Below are positions 27,478 through 32,000 of a stretch of 32,000 nucleotides of DNA, piece by piece (position 1 is the first letter of the stretch; each line of letters opens with the position of its first letter). The position numbers and the translations under genes were made by a program. Location: positions 10,442 to 42,441 of the forward strand of contig CAYRPF010000018.1 of the NCBI GenBank assembly GCA_964426185.1, in the 5' to 3' direction. The notes below the pieces were generated by a model. The model saw nothing but the letters and a program-made list of their open reading frames with translations. It was not told the origin of the DNA and ran no database searches. This DNA is from an uncultured archaeon. GTDB taxonomy: Archaea > Asgardarchaeota > Lokiarchaeia > Sigyniarchaeales > Promethearchaeaceae.

Positions 27478-28719
27478 ATGAAAGCAGTAGAAATTACAGA
27501 TGGAATATACTGGATCGGTGCCAGTATCTCCTCCAATGATTTATTTGAAGGAATCTGGCCCATCCCGAAAGGTGTTACAATTAATTCCTACCTTATTAAA
27601 GGTGAAAAAGTTGCAATTGTTGATCTAGTCAGAGATTGGGCAGGAGCTTCGACTTATCTGCTTGATGAGCTTCGATCTTTGAATATATCTCCTCAAGATG
27701 TGGATTATATTATTTTAAATCATCTTGAGCCTGATCACACCGGAGATTTAAGAGCCTTTTATGAGTTATGTGAAAATACCAAGATTATTACTTCTAAAAA
27801 GGGCGTTCCACTGGTGAAAGCGTTTTACGGCTTTGAGGAAAAGGTAGAAGGTGTAGGGACTGGAGATGAACTGGATTTGGGAAATGGGAAGAAATTAAAA
27901 TTTTTCGATATTCCCAACGTCCACTGGCCAGAGACCATGGCTACCTATGAAGAATCTACCGGAACTCTGCTTCCTTGTGATGCATTCGGATCTTTCGGAG
28001 CATTTAAAGGTTGTATTTTCGATGATCAAGTATCTGAAGAAGATCACCTGTTTTACGAACGGGAATCGCTTCGATACTACGCAAATATCGTGGGGCCTTA
28101 TTCCAATTTTGTAACGAAAGCCATTGAAGCCGTTGGAACACTTCTCATTAAAATTATCGCACCTTCACATGGACTAATTTGGCGGAAAAATCCCGGGCGA
28201 ATTGTAGAGCGCTATAAACATTACGCTTCCTATATGACCGATTATGCTGAGCCTAAAATTACTGTAATTTGGGGCAGTATGTACGGAAACACCGAACTAA
28301 TGCTAAGATCGGTTCTCCAAGGTATTGCATCTGAGAGTGTTCTGACAGAAGTTTTTCGGGTTCCAGAAGATCATATATCCTACATTTTAGCATCTGTTTG
28401 GGAATCCGCAGGATTAGTGTTTGGAATGCCCACGTATGAGTATAAAATGTATCCACCTATGCGCGATGCCTTGACCCATATCGTTCAAAAGAAGGCAAAA
28501 TATAAAAAAGTGTTCCGCTTCGGTTCCTATGGATGGTCTGGGGGTGCTCAAAAGGAGTTCGATACACTCACTGAAAAAATGAAATGGGATATGATTGATC
28601 CAATGGAATTCCAAGGTTCTCCCACGGATGAGGATTTGAAGTTAGCATTTCAACGTGGGGCTGATTTAGCTTGTGAAGTTAAAAAAATCGCCCGAAAAAA
28701 TTCGGAGTTTCATTCTTAA
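27478..28719 (+). CDS. fprA: FprA family flavodiiron protein
   Basis: NHLEPDH, VHWPET and CDAFG di-iron ligands; flavodoxin SMYGNT and FGSYGWSG. Confidence 0.93.
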   Translation: MKAVEITDGIYWIGASISSNDLFEGIWPIPKGVTINSYLIKGEKVAIVDLVRDWAGASTYLLDELRSLNISPQDVDYIILNHLEPDHTGDLRAFYELCENTKIITSKKGVPLVKAFYGFEEKVEGVGTGDELDLGNGKKLKFFDIPNVHWPETMATYEESTGTLLPCDAFGSFGAFKGCIFDDQVSEEDHLFYERESLRYYANIVGPYSNFVTKAIEAVGTLLIKIIAPSHGLIWRKNPGRIVERYKHYASYMTDYAEPKITVIWGSMYGNTELMLRSVLQGIASESVLTEVFRVPEDHISYILASVWESAGLVFGMPTYEYKMYPPMRDALTHIVQKKAKYKKVFRFGSYGWSGGAQKEFDTLTEKMKWDMIDPMEFQGSPTDEDLKLAFQRGADLACEVKKIARKNSEFHS

Positions 28720-28763
28720 ATGTATTATTTTTTTTCTTCCTTGCATTTAGACTTAAAAAAAAA

Positions 28764-30269
28764 TTAAAATAACTTTTTTCTGAACACAATCAAAATGTAA
28801 AGGGAGTTGGCTAATTCTAAGCAAGATAGTAAAATTAATAGCAGTAACATATCAGGTTGGAATTGACTTAATAGGGTATAAACGCTACTCTCCAATCCAA
28901 TTAAAAGGCTGAACAAGAATGGAATTAAAAGCATCAAAATCGCGATAATTACTAAATGCACTATGATATCCACCCAAATTACTTGGCGTTTTTGGCTGCT
29001 AATCAGTTTTTCTTCCATCTGTTTCTCAATCTGCTGCTTGATTCCGAAAAATTTCCAGATTTTTCTCCCAATCACAAAAATAACTACCACCATAATCAAA
29101 ATATACAGTACGACATGAGACAGAAAAGGATAATATGGTGGCTGGTCATTTAAAATGTTATAAATACTATCAGCCAAATTGCGGTAATAGACTTGATTTC
29201 CGAAAAAGCTATTTACATTGGTTAAAACCACAATTCCACCCATATCCTCAGGTGTTAGCAAAATTTCAATATGATAATCTTGGAAATCTCCCGATTGTGC
29301 CAAAAACTCAACATCATTAAACGTAAAATTGTACCAACCAACTGCCCATGATGAATTTAAAGAGGAAGAAGACGGGTTGGAAAGTGAATGAAGCAATTGG
29401 AATGAATCAGGCTGCAATACATTTTTTGTGACGTTGCTGTTGGAATAATCCAAGTGGGCTAACATTAGTTTTAACAAATCCTCGATATTTGTAAGCACAC
29501 CGTTTGCCGGTGCAATTTCTGTATCGTGAGAAATTCGTGAGGGAATCATCATTCCATACCAAATTCGATAACCATGAGCAAAATTAGGGTTATTGCGAGC
29601 ATCTTTAATGTCAAAGTAGGTTTGATTCATTCCTAGAGGATGCAAAATACGCGTTGTAATAAAATCTTGAAAGGTTTGATTGGTTATTTGTTCGATAATT
29701 CCTCCTAAAATCCAATAGTTCGCATTGGAAAATTCAAATACGGTTCCAGGTGCAGCAATAGGTTTTTCGTCTTTTAAACCCAAGATCAAATCTGAAATCT
29801 TATCTTTTTTCTCAGAATTGTCTCCTGAATCAATGGATAACCCCGATTGATGTCGTAAACAATTTTCCACTGTAATACGAGCGGCATACTCCGAGTTGGA
29901 AAGACCAAATGTATGTAAATAGTCTATCACATGATTTGAGATATTCAATAGACCATCTTCTTGCAGGGCTAATATCCCCATGGAAGTAAGTATTTGTGAA
30001 ATTTCTCCGACCATAAACAGACTTTGGTTGGTTATAGGTGTATTATCATTATCAGCTTTTCCATTTCCATCAGCGTAAATTATTTTTCCTTCTTGAATTA
30101 CACCTACAGCCATGCCTGGGATAATTGATTTGGATATTTGCTCGTTGATGTAATTATCAATAAGTTCGCTGGTGGTGGAAGCGCTACCATTTGAAACAAG
30201 GATTAAATTACTCAATGGGGCTAAAAACAGTAATATTAAAACATAAGTGATAACTCGATAGATCTTCAT
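28764..30269 (-). CDS. Membrane-anchored beta-lactamase/serine hydrolase-fold protein, catalytic motifs substituted
   Basis: IPGMAVGVI, ITVENCLRHQSG, PG..FEFSNANY and PLGMNQT scaffold motifs; signal peptide and 3 C-terminal TMs; SxxK is ExxQ. Confidence 0.88.
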   Translation of the reverse strand: MKIYRVITYVLILLFLAPLSNLILVSNGSASTTSELIDNYINEQISKSIIPGMAVGVIQEGKIIYADGNGKADNDNTPITNQSLFMVGEISQILTSMGILALQEDGLLNISNHVIDYLHTFGLSNSEYAARITVENCLRHQSGLSIDSGDNSEKKDKISDLILGLKDEKPIAAPGTVFEFSNANYWILGGIIEQITNQTFQDFITTRILHPLGMNQTYFDIKDARNNPNFAHGYRIWYGMMIPSRISHDTEIAPANGVLTNIEDLLKLMLAHLDYSNSNVTKNVLQPDSFQLLHSLSNPSSSSLNSSWAVGWYNFTFNDVEFLAQSGDFQDYHIEILLTPEDMGGIVVLTNVNSFFGNQVYYRNLADSIYNILNDQPPYYPFLSHVVLYILIMVVVIFVIGRKIWKFFGIKQQIEKQMEEKLISSQKRQVIWVDIIVHLVIIAILMLLIPFLFSLLIGLESSVYTLLSQFQPDMLLLLILLSCLELANSLYILIVFRKKLF

Positions 30270-30305
30270 TTTCGTTTTTTCCTAGTTACGAATTTTACAT
30301 TGAAA

Positions 30306-30328
30306 TATATTCATTCTGAATGATTATA
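30306..30328. promoter_or_regulatory. Palindromic operator candidate in divergent promoter region
   Basis: TATATTCATTC-T-GAATGATTATA; 11-bp arms with one mismatch, perfect 6-1-6 core. Confidence 0.5.
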
Positions 30329-30385
30329 GAATAAAAAACTTACTTTAATTTACGAAGTGAACCTATAATAATAATTGGTGAAAAT

Positions 30386-30745
30386 ATGCAATTTCAATGG
30401 GAAATCACAGCAGATGAGAAAATTACGGTAATTATAGAACTGATTTTTTCACTTGTAGCACTATTTACCTTGATAGAATTTGCATTTATTAAGAAAAAGT
30501 ATCCTAAATTAACCAAAAAAGGATATGGACTGATATTTTCAGGTGTTATAATTTTTGCAATCCATATATTGTTTGATCTGCTTGATACTCTTGCTATGAA
30601 AAAAGTGAACGGAGAAAATTCAATTCTTTACCTAATTTTTGATTATTTAGATGCAATTTTTTCGTTTATTGGTTTATTTGCTATTGGGTTCGGAATTCTT
30701 CAAGTAGCTAAATATGGCATGGATGTTTGGGAGGGTGATGAATAA
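30386..30745 (+). CDS. Small 3-TM membrane protein A
   Basis: Three hydrophobic segments, basic loop KKKYPKLTKKGY, FDLLD; GGTGA SD upstream. Confidence 0.8.
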   Translation: MQFQWEITADEKITVIIELIFSLVALFTLIEFAFIKKKYPKLTKKGYGLIFSGVIIFAIHILFDLLDTLAMKKVNGENSILYLIFDYLDAIFSFIGLFAIGFGILQVAKYGMDVWEGDE

Positions 30746-31095
30746 TGATTTTCCTATCGATTATTACTCCAGCTCCAAGCATAGATGAGTTGGATTTAAT
30801 CTTGGAATTTTTAAGTTTACTGGGATTTCTGTTTATCTTTATCATGGTAATCTATGCCAATAAGAAAAACCCGGTATTCCGATCCAAAGGATATCCAGTT
30901 TTGCTGATCGGTATTGGATTAGGTACTATTGCAGCAGGAATGGATGTATTTGATGAATTTTTCTGGATTCATCAGGGATATGAAATCTTTAAAACGACTA
31001 TGAACGTTCTCTTCATTCTTAGTCTAACAATTTTCAGCTTTGCCATCTTCTTGGTGTTTCGCTTTACCAAATTTATCATGGGAGAAGATAACTAA
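30745..31095 (+). CDS. Small 3-TM membrane protein B (paralog of A)
   Basis: Three hydrophobic segments, loop KKNPVFRSKGY, MDVFD; TAATG overlap with A. Confidence 0.8.
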   Translation: MIFLSIITPAPSIDELDLILEFLSLLGFLFIFIMVIYANKKNPVFRSKGYPVLLIGIGLGTIAAGMDVFDEFFWIHQGYEIFKTTMNVLFILSLTIFSFAIFLVFRFTKFIMGEDN

Positions 31096-31109
31096 ATCCG
31101 TGAAAAATC

Positions 31110-31961
31110 ATGCTACTTGAAGTCTTCATTATTCAAAAGGGTACTTCTTTCTTGCTAGTTCGTTACCCTTTCACTAAAAAGGAACTCCAGATGGATGGAA
31201 CTCTCTTTTCTGGCATGATTTCAGCTATATCACTTTTTACCAACGAGTTGAAGATCGGAGAAATCCAATTTTTCGAAACTAAAGATCATCAAATAATCAT
31301 TCACGCACTGGAAAACATAATCGCGGTCGGTGTGGTGGAAAATAAAAAAGAAGATGATTTTGTTATAAAAACTTTGAAAAATATTGCGCAGCAATTTATA
31401 GATAAATATTCTGAAAAATTAAATAATTGGAATGGCGATATCGGTATTTTTGTGCCGTTTTCAAATGATATTGCCGAAATCTTCTATTCGCGTTTTGCAG
31501 AGTTTTATATCGCACGTGATTTCCCCCAAAATATAATCAAAGTTATTCGAAATATTCAAAATAAATTCGAACCGCATATCATCAGATTTATTGGTTTAAA
31601 AATTGGTCATGAAAGAGCCTCTAATGTTCCTGAAAAGCAACTACAAAAATTAAGAAATAATGAAAATGAATTTGGAAAACCGCTTTTAAAAATTGTAGAA
31701 AAGGAAATTAATCACTTTTCTATTAGCCAAACCCAATATATAGATAAAGATAATCAAAATTTTTTGGAAGTTTTCTTAAAAATTTGCCCCGAATGTCGTG
31801 GTATTCATGATTCTGAATTTTCATGTCATTTTATTACCGGGTTTTTGGAAGGATTTCTCGATCGAATAAATCCAGTAAGAAAATGGATTGTCTCAGAAAA
31901 AGAATGTCATGCTCGAGGCGATCCAAACTGTGTTTTTAAAGCAATTCCTCATCTTAAATGA
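31110..31961 (+). CDS. Longin-like domain fused to V4R (4-vinyl reductase) domain
   Basis: N-terminal EVFII..DGTLFSGMISAISLFTNEL..QQFIDKY..WNGD..F; C-terminal CPEC..CHFITGFLEG..EKECHARGDPNCVF. Confidence 0.8.
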   Translation: MLLEVFIIQKGTSFLLVRYPFTKKELQMDGTLFSGMISAISLFTNELKIGEIQFFETKDHQIIIHALENIIAVGVVENKKEDDFVIKTLKNIAQQFIDKYSEKLNNWNGDIGIFVPFSNDIAEIFYSRFAEFYIARDFPQNIIKVIRNIQNKFEPHIIRFIGLKIGHERASNVPEKQLQKLRNNENEFGKPLLKIVEKEINHFSISQTQYIDKDNQNFLEVFLKICPECRGIHDSEFSCHFITGFLEGFLDRINPVRKWIVSEKECHARGDPNCVFKAIPHLK

Positions 31962-32000
31962 AAAAAGGGTGTTAATTCTCAATTTTAGCATGAATTACAG

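Noticed and set aside
202-29320. Numerous short ORFs in the track overlapping larger genes (e.g. 202-414, 3647-4003, 8159-8422, 15076-15354, 20267-20677)
   Set aside because: Antisense or frame shadows of well-supported genes, with no motifs.
28764-30269. Functional beta-lactamase resistance gene or a pseudogene
   Set aside because: Catalytic Ser/Lys/Tyr are absent, so an active enzyme is unlikely; the frame, signal peptide and TM anchor are intact, so it does not look decayed.
1-32000. CRISPR array, tRNA/rRNA, transposase or integrase
   Set aside because: No regularly spaced repeats, GC-rich cloverleaf or rRNA-like segment, or mobile-element ORF was recognised by eye.

Overview
AT-rich archaeal chromosomal window, most consistent with an Asgard archaeon (Lokiarchaeia-like). 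This is an inference from archaeal core genes (csl4, rpoL-like, proteasome beta, rfcS, archaeal GluRS) occurring with a stand-alone small GTPase and two longin-like domain proteins. The first ~19 kb is mostly housekeeping: acyl-CoA synthetase, enolase, a METTL5/csl4/rpoL/RNase III-like/DUF99 cluster, psmB, gltX, truA and rfcS. The last ~13 kb is accessory, signalling and redox: a tandem Cys-rich Lrp pair, an ArsB/NhaD transporter, a single-pass surface protein with a cytoplasmic longin-like tail, and an NADH oxidoreductase/glutaredoxin/FTR/FprA cluster. Two observations stand out. (1) A divergent module at 28.8-32 kb pairs a membrane-anchored beta-lactamase/PBP-fold protein with all three catalytic motifs substituted with an operon of two paralogous 3-TM proteins and a longin-V4R fusion, across a palindromic site. 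(2) The psmB-thioesterase gap holds an unannotated candidate micro-operon (TATA, 17-aa beta-hairpin-patterned peptide, strong SD, 10-aa peptide, hairpin plus T9). No rRNA, tRNA, CRISPR array or transposase was recognised. All family calls come from motif recognition by eye; no searches were run.
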